A stretch of 39,761 nucleotides of DNA from the NCBI GenBank assembly GCA_964247225.1, contig CAXTTU010000003.1, forward strand, positions 1-39,761, given 5' to 3'. The notes under the pieces were generated by a model. That model had not been told where the DNA came from and did no database searches. It saw nothing but the letters and a program-made list of their open reading frames with translations. The stretch comes from an uncultured Sphingomonas sp. GTDB taxonomy: Bacteria > Pseudomonadota > Alphaproteobacteria > Sphingomonadales > Sphingomonadaceae. The translations under genes were made by a program, and so were the position numbers. Shown in pieces: positions 9,498-18,753 of the stretch (position 1 is its first letter; the number at the start of each line of letters is the position of its first letter).

Positions 9498-11117
9498 ATG
9501 CTTCGGCTGACCAATCTCACCCTGCCGCTCCACCATTCGGACGAGGCGTTGCCCGCCGCGATCCGCGAGCGGCTGCGTATCGCGCCGCGCGATCTGGTGC
9601 GCCACAGCATCGTCCGCCGCGGCCACGACGCGCGCGACAAGGCGGACATCCAGCTCGTTTACACCGTTGACGTGACGGTGCGCGACGAGGCGGCGGTGCT
9701 CGCGCGCTGTCGCAAGGATCGGGGCGTCGCGCGCGCGCCCGACACCAGCTATCGCCACGTTCACAAGGCACCCGCAGGAGCCCCGCGCCCGGTGGTGATC
9801 GGCGCGGGGCCGTGCGGATTGTTCGCCGGCCTGATCCTCGCGCAAATGGGCTTCCGCCCGATCATCCTCGACCGCGGCAAGGTCGTGCGCGAGCGGACCA
9901 AGGACACCTGGGGGCTGTGGCGCAGGAGCGTGCTCAACCCCGAATCGAACGTCCAGTTCGGCGAGGGCGGCGCGGGCACCTTTTCCGACGGCAAGCTCTA
10001 CAGCCGCATCAGGGAGCCGCGCCACCTCGACCGCAAGGTGCTGGCCGAGTTCGTCCGCGCGGGCGCTCCCGCTGAGATCCTCACCGAAGCGCACCCGCAT
10101 ATCGGCACCTTCCGGCTGGTGACGATGGTGGAGAACATGCGCGCGACGATCGAGAAGCTCGGCGGCGAGTATCGCTGGCAGAGCCGGGTCGACGGCATCC
10201 ACGTCGAGCCCGATTCGAAGGGCGTCCGCCGCGTGCGCGGGCTGTACCTCCACACCGGCGAGTATCTCGAGGCGGAGCGGGTCGTGCTGGCGATCGGGCA
10301 CAGCGCGCGCGACACGTTCGCCACCCTTCACGCGGCGGGGGTGCATGTCGAGGCCAAGCCCTTCTCGATCGGGGTGCGGATCGAGCATCCGCAGTCGTGG
10401 ATCGACCGCGCGCGCTTCGGCCACAATGCGGGCCACCCGATCCTCGGCGCGGCGGAGTATCACCTGTCGCACCATTGCTCGAACGGGCGCACCGTCTACA
10501 GCTTCTGCATGTGCCCGGGCGGCACCGTCGTCGCGGCGACCTCGGAGGAGGGCCGGGTCGCGACCAACGGCATGAGCCAATATGGGCGGAGCGAGCGCAA
10601 CGCGAACTCCGGGTTCGTGGTCGCGATCGACCCCGCGCGGGACTTTCCCGGCGATCCGCTTGCGGGGCTCGCGCTTCAGCGGCATTGGGAGGAACGCGCG
10701 TTCGTCGCGGGCGGGTCGACGTACAAGGCCCCGGCGCAGCGGCTCGGCGATTTCGTGGCCGGGCGCGCGTCGACCTCGCTCGGCTCGGTGGTGCCCTCCT
10801 ACAAGCCGGGGGTCGAGCCGACCGACCTCGCGCAGTGCCTGCCGGACTTCGCAGTCGCCGCGATGCGCGAGGCGCTGCCCGTGTTCGGTCGCCAGATCCC
10901 GGGTTACGACCATCCCGACGTGGTGATGACGGGGGTGGAGACGCGTACCTCCTCGCCCGTGCGCTTTACCCGCGGGGCCGACTTCCAGAGCCTCAACACC
11001 GCGGGCCTCTACCCGGCGGGCGAGGGCGCGGGCTATGCGGGCGGTATCCTGTCGGCGGCGGTGGACGGGATCAAGGTCGCCGAGGCGGTGGCCGCCAGCC
11101 TGTGCCGCGCGGGGTGA
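9498..11117 (+). CDS. Uncharacterized FAD-dependent dehydrogenase (NAD(P)/FAD-dependent oxidoreductase, COG2509-like)
   Basis: [11 protein letters not shown] dinucleotide-binding motif, [28 protein letters not shown] and [17 protein letters not shown]. True start MLRLTNL at 9498 inside the track ORF 7884..11117. Confidence 0.9.
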   Translation: MLRLTNLTLPLHHSDEALPAAIRERLRIAPRDLVRHSIVRRGHDARDKADIQLVYTVDVTVRDEAAVLARCRKDRGVARAPDTSYRHVHKAPAGAPRPVVIGAGPCGLFAGLILAQMGFRPIILDRGKVVRERTKDTWGLWRRSVLNPESNVQFGEGGAGTFSDGKLYSRIREPRHLDRKVLAEFVRAGAPAEILTEAHPHIGTFRLVTMVENMRATIEKLGGEYRWQSRVDGIHVEPDSKGVRRVRGLYLHTGEYLEAERVVLAIGHSARDTFATLHAAGVHVEAKPFSIGVRIEHPQSWIDRARFGHNAGHPILGAAEYHLSHHCSNGRTVYSFCMCPGGTVVAATSEEGRVATNGMSQYGRSERNANSGFVVAIDPARDFPGDPLAGLALQRHWEERAFVAGGSTYKAPAQRLGDFVAGRASTSLGSVVPSYKPGVEPTDLAQCLPDFAVAAMREALPVFGRQIPGYDHPDVVMTGVETRTSSPVRFTRGADFQSLNTAGLYPAGEGAGYAGGILSAAVDGIKVAEAVAASLCRAG

Positions 11118-11127
11118 CCGCGCGGCG

Positions 11128-11658
11128 ATGACGCTGATTCTGTTCAACAAGCCCTATGGTGTGCTGTGCCAGTTCACCGGCGACGGCGCGAGGCCGACGC
11201 TGGCGGATCACCTCGACGTGCCGGGCGTCTATCCCGCGGGGCGGCTCGATCTCGACAGCGAGGGGCTGCTGCTGCTGACCGATGACGGCAGGCTGCAGGC
11301 GCGCATCGCCGACCCCCGGTTCAAGCTGCCCAAGACCTATCTCGTCCAGGTCGAGGGCGAGGTGACCGACGCCGCGCTGGCCGCGCTGCGGCAGGGGGTG
11401 CGGCTCAAGGACGGCATCACCCGCCCCGCCCTCGCCGAGCGTATCGCCGCGCCCGCGCTCCCGCCGCGCGACCCGCCGGTGCGGTTCCGCAAGACCGTGC
11501 CCGACAGCTGGCTGCGGCTGACGATCCGCGAAGGCCGCAACCGGCAGGTGCGCCGGATGACCGCCGCGGTCGGGTGTCCGACGCTGCGGCTGGTGCGGTG
11601 GAGCATCGGCGAGTGGACCTTGGGCGAGCTTGCGCCCGGAGAATGGCGCGTCGCCTGA
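11128..11658 (+). CDS. rluE: 23S rRNA pseudouridine synthase, RluE/RsuA family
   Basis: [11 protein letters not shown], catalytic [26 protein letters not shown] and [18 protein letters not shown] at 11128. Confidence 0.9.
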   Translation: MTLILFNKPYGVLCQFTGDGARPTLADHLDVPGVYPAGRLDLDSEGLLLLTDDGRLQARIADPRFKLPKTYLVQVEGEVTDAALAALRQGVRLKDGITRPALAERIAAPALPPRDPPVRFRKTVPDSWLRLTIREGRNRQVRRMTAAVGCPTLRLVRWSIGEWTLGELAPGEWRVA

Positions 11659-11736
11659 CGAACGCCACTTGCATTAGGGAAGCGCGACGCCGATTGCGGC
11701 AGCATCGCTGACATCAAACCCGCAGGGAGCACCACG

Positions 11737-11973
11737 ATGCGCAACGCGACGCCGACGATCCGCCCGACCTTGCGCCTGTGCGCGGGCCTGCTGCTGCTCC
11801 CCGCGCTGGCCGCGTGCGGGCGCGCGAACGGCGGCAGCGCGAGCGAGGTGGTGGTCACCAATTCGGGCGACATCGCCCCCAACCGGGCGGTGGCGAACAA
11901 GGTCGAGGCGGACGGCAACGACCAGCCGAACAATCTGGCCGGCCTCCCCGCCAAGGCGCCAACCGCCAAATAG
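11737..11973 (+). CDS. Small predicted lipoprotein (78 aa), unknown function
   Basis: GGGAG RBS upstream, basic N-terminus, hydrophobic stretch and lipobox LAA-C, followed by a short N/G/A-rich tail. Confidence 0.65.
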   Translation: MRNATPTIRPTLRLCAGLLLLPALAACGRANGGSASEVVVTNSGDIAPNRAVANKVEADGNDQPNNLAGLPAKAPTAK

Positions 11974-12069
11974 GCGCGGCACCGGGTCCCGCCGATCGGG
12001 CCAGGTGGGGCACCGCGTTCTCCCAGGTGGTCCGATGGCCGACGAGCAGGGTTCCAAGCCGTTGTGCCT

Positions 12070-12100
12070 GTTGCGCTTTTCACTTCCACGCCTATATCCT
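12070..12100 (+). promoter_or_regulatory. Putative sigma70 promoter for the 23-aa small ORF
   Basis: TTGCGC (12071) and CTATAT (12092) in an AT-rich patch, resembling the alphaproteobacterial CTTGAC-N17-CTATAT consensus. Confidence 0.45.
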
Positions 12101-12134
12101 CCCCATTGTTCAACAACGGAAAGGAGGTGGTCGA

Positions 12135-12206
12135 ATGTCTCATTGTCACATGCCGCTCATGGCGGAGCCGAAGGATGCGACCTCCACCGCGGGGACCCGC
12201 GACTGA
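12135..12206 (+). CDS. Small ORF, 23 aa (MSHCHMPLMAEPKDATSTAGTRD); alternatively an sRNA
   Basis: Near-perfect Shine-Dalgarno GAAAGGAGGTGG just before ATG 12135, with a candidate promoter upstream and a terminator downstream. Confidence 0.5.
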   Translation: MSHCHMPLMAEPKDATSTAGTRD

Positions 12207-12233
12207 CGACGAGCCGTGATCGGCCGACAATGG

Positions 12234-12267
12234 AAAGGCCGTCCCGAAAGGGGCGGCCTTTTGCTTT
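12234..12267 (+). terminator. Rho-independent terminator, possibly bidirectional
   Basis: Stem-loop AAAGGCCGTCCC-GAAA-GGGGCGGCCTTT followed by TGCTTT. Confidence 0.85.
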
Positions 12268-12381
12268 CGGGGCGCGGGGGATCGACACCGGCGTGGGCGG
12301 AATGCACCGTCGCGCTCGACGCGCCGGGGAAGCGGTGGCAAAACTTGCTGCTACTCCGCCAGCCCGATCGGAACGCCCGCA

Positions 12382-13677
12382 ATGATGCCCCTCGACACGC
12401 CCGCATCGGGCACCGCCGCCGCCGGTGACGCCGCGCACGGCTATGACGCGCCCGACCTGCGCGTGTTCGTGTTCGCGCTGTTCTTCATCTTCGGCGGGAT
12501 CACCAGCCTCAACGACATCATCATCCCCAAATTGCGCGAGCTGTTCACGCTCGACCACGCAAGCTCGATGCTGGTCCAGTCGGCGTTCTTCCTCGCCTAT
12601 GCGCTGTTCTCCCTGCCCGCGGCGGCGATCGTGCGGCGGATGGGCTACCTGCGCACGGCGGCGATCGGGCTCGTCACGATGACGGCGGGCTGCTTGCTGT
12701 TCATCCCCGCTTCCACCACGGCCACGTTCGGCATGTTTCTGCTCGCCCTCTTCACCTTGGGCGCGGGGATCACGGTGGTGCAGGTGGTCGCCAACCCGCT
12801 GATCTCCTTGCTCGGCGCGCCCGCCACCGCGCACAGCCGGCTGACCTTCGCGCAGGCGTTCAACTCGCTGGGCACTACGATTTTCCCGCGAGTGGGCGCG
12901 GCGCTGATCCTGGGCGGGCTGGCAGGCGTCAGCGCCGCGCAGCTCAGCGGCTCCGCGCTCGACGCCTACCGGACGGAGGCGTCGCGCGCGATCGTCCATA
13001 CCTATCTCGGCCTCGCCGTCGCGCTGCTGGTGATCGCCGCGGTGGTGTGGAGCCGCCGCAACCGCCTCCACGAGCAGCAGGACCAGGCGGGCACGGTTCG
13101 CCAAGCGTTCGGGCTGCTCCGCCGCCCGCGCTTCGGGCTGGGGGCATTGTGCATCTTCCTCTACGTCGGCGCGGAAGTCGCGATCGGCTCGCTGATCGTC
13201 AGCTACCTCGTTCAACCGGGCATCTGGGCGACGAGCGACGCGGTCGCGGGCCGGTACGTCGCCTTTTACTGGGGCGGCGCGCTGGTCGGTCGGTTCGTCG
13301 GCGCGGGTGTGTTGCGGCTGGTGTCGCCGGGCAAGGTGCTCGCGGCTGCGGCGACGGGCGCGATCCTGCTGCTGCTGCTGTCCGCCAACAGCACCGGCGC
13401 GCCCGCGGGTTGGGCGCTGCTCGCGATCGGGCTGATGAATTCGATCATGTTCCCGACCATCTTCGGCCTCGCCAGCGAAGGCCTCGGCGCGCGTGCCGCC
13501 GAGGGATCGGGCGTGATCGCGACCGCGATCGTCGGCGGCGCGGTGATCCCGCTCATGACCGGCGCGCTCGCCGACCGTTCGAGCCTCCAGTTCGCGCTCT
13601 GTCTGCCCGCCGCCTGCTACGCGGTGATCGCCGCCTATGGCCTGTACGCACGGCGACCGGCTGCCGGGCGGCTATAG
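12382..13677 (+). CDS. Sugar MFS transporter, FucP/GluP (fucose/glucose/galactose:H+ symporter) family
   Basis: LFFIFGGITSLNDIIIP, QVVANPL, RLTFAQAFNSLG, FLYVGAEVAIGS and NSIMFPTIF motifs; about 12 TM segments. Confidence 0.9.
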   Translation: MMPLDTPASGTAAAGDAAHGYDAPDLRVFVFALFFIFGGITSLNDIIIPKLRELFTLDHASSMLVQSAFFLAYALFSLPAAAIVRRMGYLRTAAIGLVTMTAGCLLFIPASTTATFGMFLLALFTLGAGITVVQVVANPLISLLGAPATAHSRLTFAQAFNSLGTTIFPRVGAALILGGLAGVSAAQLSGSALDAYRTEASRAIVHTYLGLAVALLVIAAVVWSRRNRLHEQQDQAGTVRQAFGLLRRPRFGLGALCIFLYVGAEVAIGSLIVSYLVQPGIWATSDAVAGRYVAFYWGGALVGRFVGAGVLRLVSPGKVLAAAATGAILLLLLSANSTGAPAGWALLAIGLMNSIMFPTIFGLASEGLGARAAEGSGVIATAIVGGAVIPLMTGALADRSSLQFALCLPAACYAVIAAYGLYARRPAAGRL

Positions 13678-13984
13678 CAGGTCCTCGATCCGGATCGGCA
13701 GCTTGCGGATGCGTCGCCCGGTCGCGTGCCAGACCGCCCTGGCAATCGCGTGGGGTGATCGTCGCGGTATGGCTCGACCCGGCGGCGAGCGAGGCGGGCG
13801 GGAGCGCCGTGTCGCCGAACTGGACGTCGACCTGCGCCAGCTCAAGGCCGAGCGCCTGCGCCACCGTCATCGCGAGCGCGAACATGTACGGCGTGTCGGG
13901 CGGCGCGCGCATGAAGCCGGGGGTGTTGCGAGATGATGCGCGTGCCCGTTGACGCGCAGGGTGATGTTTCATCGGCTTACTCAC
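13672..13984 (-). pseudogene. Collapsed remnant of a xanthine dehydrogenase family (PaoABC/YagTSR-like) operon
   Basis: Four abutting fragments on the minus strand: ITLRVNGHAHHL (2Fe-2S subunit N-terminus-like, frameshifted after GTG 13984), RNTPGFMRAPPDTPYMFAL, AQALGLELAQVDVQFGDTALPPASLAAGSSHTAT, and after a frameshift AIARAVWHATGRRIRKLPIRIEDLL* (Mo-subunit C-terminus, stop at 13672). Confidence 0.8.
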
Positions 13985-14233
13985 TTCCGACCCACCCGGA
14001 AACGAGGGTCGGCTGGCCGCGATCAGGTTCCGGCGTCCAGCTCGACCGGCGACCGTCTGTGCCGCCGCGCAAAACATCCGGCGCCCACCTAATTTGCCCG
14101 GGTGAGCCCCGCCGCGCGCGGATCGCCGCAAATACCGCCACGCCGACGCCGGTACCGTAACGCGGGCGCGATGGCCCGGCTGAAAGCTGCCAGTCGGCGG
14201 CCCCGCCACCAAGGCCAGGACGGCGTCCCGAGG

Positions 14234-14683
14234 TCAGTCAGGCCGGTCGCCGTCGAGGCGCAGCGGGCCGCCGAACGTCTCCCGCGTGCGCGCGTGCAGC
14301 TCGGCGATTTCGGGGGTGATCGCCTCCGCGAATTCGCTCATCTCGTAGACGGGTCGAATCTCGATCTCGCTCGGGCCCGGCATCGGATTGGGGCAGCGCT
14401 TCACCCAGGCGAGCGCCTCGTCCATGTCCTCGACCTGCCAGAGCCAGAAGCCCGCGACCAGCTCATTCGTCTGGGCGAACGGCCCGTCGATCACCGTGCG
14501 TTCCGGCCCGTCGAACGCGACCCGCTTGGCCTGCGACGAGGGCCTGAGCCCGTCGGCGGCGAGCATCACGCCCGCTTCGACCAGCTCCGCGTTGAACCGG
14601 CCCATTGCCTCCAGCGCCTCTGCGGCAGGAAGGGTGCCCGCCTCGCTGTCCGCCGTCGCCTTTACGAACACCATCACCCGCAT
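14234..14683 (-). CDS. YciI family (DGPF-domain) protein
   Basis: MRVMVFVKAT…, AADGLRPSS, VIDGPFAQTNELVAGFWLW and EIEIRP. Start ATG 14683 with AAGGGA RBS. Confidence 0.9.
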   Translation of the reverse strand: MRVMVFVKATADSEAGTLPAAEALEAMGRFNAELVEAGVMLAADGLRPSSQAKRVAFDGPERTVIDGPFAQTNELVAGFWLWQVEDMDEALAWVKRCPNPMPGPSEIEIRPVYEMSEFAEAITPEIAELHARTRETFGGPLRLDGDRPD

Positions 14684-14826
14684 CTGTCTGCTTCCCTTGC
14701 CTGAGCCGTCCCGGCACCCAACAAGCTTCTCAGCTATCGACGGCGCGTTCAACACTCCGCTCCACGGCAACGCGGCCAGACCCACGCCCGGTTCCTTTCC
14801 GCACCCTGCGCGTGTAGGCGGCGGCG

Positions 14827-16308
14827 ATGCACACAGCCCCGCTGCGGCGCCCCGTCATCCTGGCCGCGGTCATGGTTGCGTCGTTCATGATCGCGATCGA
14901 GGCGACGATCGTCTCCACCGCCATGCCGCAGATCGCGGGGCGGCTTGGCGGGCTCAACCTCTATGCCTGGGTGTTCTCCTCCTTTCTGCTGACGCAGACC
15001 GCGACCACGGTGCTGTTCGGCAAGCTCGCCGACACCTATGGTCGCCGGCCGGTGCTGCTCGTCGGCATCGCCATCTTCCTCGTCGGCTCGCTCCTGTGCG
15101 GGCTCGCGCCGACGATGCCGTGGCTGATCGCCTTCCGATTGGTGCAGGGCGTCGGCGCGGGCGCGATCCAGCCGGTCTCGATCACCGTCGTCGGCGACCT
15201 CTACGCGGCGGAGGAGCGGGCGGCGATCCAGGGCTGGCTGGCGAGCGTCTGGGGCGTCTCCTCCGTGGTCGGGCCGCTCGCGGGCGGGCTGATCGTGCAG
15301 TACCTGTCCTGGCCCTGGGTGTTCTGGATCAACCTGCCGGTAGGCGTGGTTGCGGCGATATTGTTCGGCGTTTTCCTGCGCGAGCGGCTCCACACCGAGC
15401 GACCCCGGGTGGATGCCGCGGGCGCGGCGCTGTTCATGATCGGCATCGCGGCGTTGATGGTGGCGCTGACCGAGATCGCCTCCGCCGATCGCGCGTATCT
15501 CGGCACAGCGACGCTGGTCGCGGCGGTATGCGGGGCGCTGTTCGTCTGGCAGGAGCAGCGCGCGGCGGACCCGATGATCGCGTTCCGGCTATGGTCGCAC
15601 CGACCGATCGCGGCCACCAACGCGGCGACGCTGTTGAGCGGGGCGACGGTGATCGGGCTCAACACCTTTCTGCCGATGTATGTGCAGGGCGTGCTCGGCC
15701 GCTCGCCGACCGTTGCGGGCTTCACCTTGACCGCGATGGTGCTCGGCTGGCCGATCGGCTCAACGGTCGCGTCGCGGCTGTTCGTGCGCATTGGCCTCCG
15801 CCCGGTAATGCTGATCGGGGCAGCGCTGATCCCGGTCGGCGCGGCCGTGTTCGTGGCGGTGCGACCGGGCATGTCGCCGCTGGTGCCCGGCATCGGATCG
15901 GCGGTGTTGGGGCTCGGCATGGGGTTCCTCAGCAACACCGCGATCGTGCTGGTGCAGGGCTGTGTCGGCTGGACCGAACGCGGCGCGGCGACCGCATCGA
16001 CCCTGTTCTCGCGCAGCCTCGGCAGCACGCTGGGCGCGACCTTGCTCGGCAGCGTGCTCAACCTGTCACTGGCGGCGCAGGGCGCGCGGCTCGGCTCGCT
16101 TCGCCGGCTGCTCGACGCGCCGGGCGGCGCGGTCGCCGACCCGGCGTTGCGCGCGGCGCTGGCGCACGCGCTGCACCTGACCTTCTGGGCGGTGCTGGCG
16201 GTCGCGCTGGGCACGTTGCTGCTCACCTTGCTCGTGCCGCACGTCCCGCTCAGCCGGGCGGCAGCGGATGCCGAGCCCGCCGAAGCCGACGAGCTTCCCG
16301 TCGGCTGA
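14827..16308 (+). CDS. MDR-type MFS transporter (DHA2, EmrB/QacA-like, 14 TM)
   Basis: IEATIVSTAMP, FGKLADTYGRR (motif A), FRLVQGVGAG and GPLAGG…WPWVFWINLPVG. Confidence 0.9.
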   Translation: MHTAPLRRPVILAAVMVASFMIAIEATIVSTAMPQIAGRLGGLNLYAWVFSSFLLTQTATTVLFGKLADTYGRRPVLLVGIAIFLVGSLLCGLAPTMPWLIAFRLVQGVGAGAIQPVSITVVGDLYAAEERAAIQGWLASVWGVSSVVGPLAGGLIVQYLSWPWVFWINLPVGVVAAILFGVFLRERLHTERPRVDAAGAALFMIGIAALMVALTEIASADRAYLGTATLVAAVCGALFVWQEQRAADPMIAFRLWSHRPIAATNAATLLSGATVIGLNTFLPMYVQGVLGRSPTVAGFTLTAMVLGWPIGSTVASRLFVRIGLRPVMLIGAALIPVGAAVFVAVRPGMSPLVPGIGSAVLGLGMGFLSNTAIVLVQGCVGWTERGAATASTLFSRSLGSTLGATLLGSVLNLSLAAQGARLGSLRRLLDAPGGAVADPALRAALAHALHLTFWAVLAVALGTLLLTLLVPHVPLSRAAADAEPAEADELPVG

Positions 16309-16333
16309 GTCGTCGCGGGTAGCCAGGTCGAGA

Positions 16334-16924
16334 TCAGACGATCGCAACCCGCGCGGCAGCCCATTCCTCCGCCGCGACGGTCTCGATCTGCCGGACGATC
16401 CCGCGCGTGAGCGCGGCCGGTACGGTGATCCGGAAGCCGCGCTCGACCAGCCCCTCGACCGCCCAGCGGACGCAGAAATCGGCGGCGACGCCGGTCACCA
16501 CGATCTCGTCAATGCCCTCCGCCCGCAATTGGTCGAAGAAGCGGTCGCGCGGAACGGAAGCGCTCCTCGGGTCGCGCGCGTCGCGGATCATCACGTCGGT
16601 TTCCTCCCACATCGCGAACACGCCTTTCTCGAGCGTGTAGAGTGGGATGTCCGCGTCGATCGCCAGAACATCGAGCACCGTTTGCCACCCGGCGCTGTCC
16701 CGCACGCAATGCAGCGGAAACTGCCCGGCCTCCGCGGAGCGTGCGTAGCGTTCGGGCTCGTGCGTGTCGAAGGTAAGGAGCACGCCCGCGGTTTCGGCGG
16801 GGCTCAGCGACGCCAGAAACTCATTGGTCGGCCCGACCAGCGCTTCCGCGCCGGCGACGTAGAGCGCACCATCGGGCAGCATGAAGTCGCGCTGCGCATC
16901 CACCACGATCACGAACCTGCTCAT
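16334..16924 (-). CDS. pncA: Nicotinamidase / cysteine hydrolase (isochorismatase family)
   Basis: VVDAQRDF, DTH, FPLHCV, EKG and GVAADFCV (catalytic Cys). Lies next to nrtR and pncB. ATG 16924 with GGAG RBS. Confidence 0.82.
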   Translation of the reverse strand: MSRFVIVVDAQRDFMLPDGALYVAGAEALVGPTNEFLASLSPAETAGVLLTFDTHEPERYARSAEAGQFPLHCVRDSAGWQTVLDVLAIDADIPLYTLEKGVFAMWEETDVMIRDARDPRSASVPRDRFFDQLRAEGIDEIVVTGVAADFCVRWAVEGLVERGFRITVPAALTRGIVRQIETVAAEEWAAARVAIV

Positions 16925-16952
16925 CGTCTCCACTCCATCCTTGCCGGGCCCG

Positions 16953-17001
16953 CTTGACATATATCCAATACGCTCATAAGTAAAGTGCATACTGCGCATA
17001 T
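16953..17001 (+). promoter_or_regulatory. Divergent promoter region with a candidate NrtR operator
   Basis: CTTGAC (16953)-N17-ATAAGT, followed by the imperfect 21-bp dyad TAAAGTGCA-TAC-TGCGCATAT (16981-17001) in an AT-rich island between pncA and nrtR. Confidence 0.5.
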
Positions 17002-17010
17002 GGGTGGCGT

Positions 17011-17736
17011 ATGAGCGAAGCCGAGTTCCTCCAGGCCTATGATCCCGGCCAGTACGAGCGTCCCTCGGTGGCGGTCGACCTTATCCTGATGAGCGTCGTC
17101 GAGGGCGCGCCCGCGGCGTTGCTCGTCCGCCGTGACGAGCATCCGCATCTGGGTAACTGGGCGCTACCGGGCGGGTTCGTGGGGGTGGACGAGAGCCTCG
17201 ACGCCGCCGCGCGCCGGTTGCTCGCGGGCAAGGCGCGGATGGACGACGCCTATCTGGAGCAGCTTTACACCTTCGGCGCGGTCGACCGCGATCCCCGGAT
17301 GCGGATCATCAGCGTCGCCTACTTCGCGCTGCTGCCCCCCGCCCGCTTCGCCGCCGCGCTGAAGGCGGCACCCGAACTGGCGCTGGCCGAGCTGGTCGTG
17401 CCCTGGACGGGCGAGACCGGGGGGCCGGTAGAGGCATGCTCGGCGGACGGCGAGGCGCTGTCGCTGGCGTTCGACCATGCCGACATGCTCGGGCTGGCGA
17501 TGCTGCGGCTGCGCGGCAAGCTCGACTATTCGGCGGTCGCGTTCGCCCTGCTGCCCGATCGCTTTACCCTGCGCGCCCTGCAGGACGTGCATGAGGCGAT
17601 CCTGGGCACGCGCCTCAACAAGCCCGCCTTTCGCCGTCGGCTGCTCGACAGCGGCCGCCTGGAGGCGACGGGCGAGCGAGAGACCGGCGCGTCCTTCCGC
17701 CCCGCCGAACTGTACCGCCACCGCGCGGCCGACTGA
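17011..17736 (+). CDS. nrtR: NrtR-family Nudix-related transcriptional regulator (Nudix + winged helix)
   Basis: YERPSVAVD, WALPGGFV, LEQLYTFGAVDRDPRMRIISVAY and LAFDH; C-terminal FTLRALQDVHEAILG…FRRR…RPAELY. Confidence 0.9.
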   Translation: MSEAEFLQAYDPGQYERPSVAVDLILMSVVEGAPAALLVRRDEHPHLGNWALPGGFVGVDESLDAAARRLLAGKARMDDAYLEQLYTFGAVDRDPRMRIISVAYFALLPPARFAAALKAAPELALAELVVPWTGETGGPVEACSADGEALSLAFDHADMLGLAMLRLRGKLDYSAVAFALLPDRFTLRALQDVHEAILGTRLNKPAFRRRLLDSGRLEATGERETGASFRPAELYRHRAAD

Positions 17737-17760
17737 TCCAGAACGAAAGGGACAAGCGAC

Positions 17761-18744
17761 ATGGCGTCCATCAAGAACCTCGGCTTCCTCGCGCAACTGC
17801 GCAGCGATGCCAGCAACCACGTCATCCGGTACCGGAAGGGCAAGGTCCGCCAGAGCGGGCGCGGGCTCGTTTTCTGGTTCGTGCCCGAGACCGCGAGCAT
17901 CGCCGAACTGCCGATGGACGACCGCGAGTTGGCGGTGTTCGTGAAAGGCCGCAGCCAGGACTTTCAGGCGGTCGCCGTTCAGGGCACGCTGACATGGCAC
18001 GTCGTCGACCCCGAACGGCTGGCGACCCGCGTCGACTTCAGCCTCGGCCTCGTCACCGGCACTTACAAGAACGAGCCGATCCAGCGGATCGAGACGCGGC
18101 TGGGCGGCCTCGTCAATCAGGCGGCGCTGCAATATCTGGCGCAGGCACCCGTGCGCGGGCTGCTGGACGCCGGGCCGGAGCCGCTGCGCAGGCAACTCGA
18201 AGCCGTGCTCGCGGGCGATCCGGCGCTGGGCGAGATCGGCGTCGCGGTGACGGCCGTGCGGCTCACCAACCTGGCCCCGTCCAGCGAGCTGGAACGCGCG
18301 CTGCAGACACCGACATTCGAGGCGCTCCAGCAAAAGGCCGATCAGGCGACCTTCGAGCGCCGCGCGCTGGCGGTGGATGGGGAGCGGGCGATCGCCGAGA
18401 ACGAGCTGGCCAACCAGACCGAACTCGCGCGGCGCGAGACGCTACTGATCGCGCAGCAGGCGGAGAACGCACGCAACCGCGCCACCGGCCATGCCGAGGC
18501 GCAGCAGATCGAGGCCGCGGCGGAAGCGGAGCGCATCCGCACCGTCGAGAGCGCCAGGGCGGAGACGGAAGCGGCGCGCATGACGATCTACCGCGATCTG
18601 CCGCCCGCGGTGATGCTGGGCCTCGCCGCGCGCGAGCTGGCGGGCAAGCTCGACCGGATCGAGCATCTCAACGTCACGCCCGACCTGCTGGCGACCGTGC
18701 TCCGCGAGTTCCGCCGTGGCACGCCCGCGCTGCCGCCGCGCTGA
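17761..18744 (+). CDS. SPFH / band-7 domain protein with coiled-coil tail
   Basis: SGRGLVFWF, DFQAVAVQGTLTWHVVDP, A/E/R-rich coiled coil (ERRALAVDGERAIAENEL) and IEHLNVTPDLL. No N-terminal TM segment evident. Confidence 0.82.
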   Translation: MASIKNLGFLAQLRSDASNHVIRYRKGKVRQSGRGLVFWFVPETASIAELPMDDRELAVFVKGRSQDFQAVAVQGTLTWHVVDPERLATRVDFSLGLVTGTYKNEPIQRIETRLGGLVNQAALQYLAQAPVRGLLDAGPEPLRRQLEAVLAGDPALGEIGVAVTAVRLTNLAPSSELERALQTPTFEALQQKADQATFERRALAVDGERAIAENELANQTELARRETLLIAQQAENARNRATGHAEAQQIEAAAEAERIRTVESARAETEAARMTIYRDLPPAVMLGLAARELAGKLDRIEHLNVTPDLLATVLREFRRGTPALPPR

Positions 18745-18753
18745 GCCGCGCCG

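Noticed and set aside
12135-12206. 23-aa peptide as a RiPP precursor
   Set aside because: No modifying enzyme, peptidase or dedicated exporter is adjacent, and the unit is closed by its own terminator.
13553-14212. 219-aa minus-strand track ORF as an intact gene
   Set aside because: Only short internal segments resemble XDH subunits and the true C-terminal fragment is in another frame; treated as a pseudogene.
14769-14795. GGAAC…CGTT upstream of yciI as an EcfG general-stress promoter
   Set aside because: The 18-nt spacer is longer than the usual 16-17 nt; support is insufficient.
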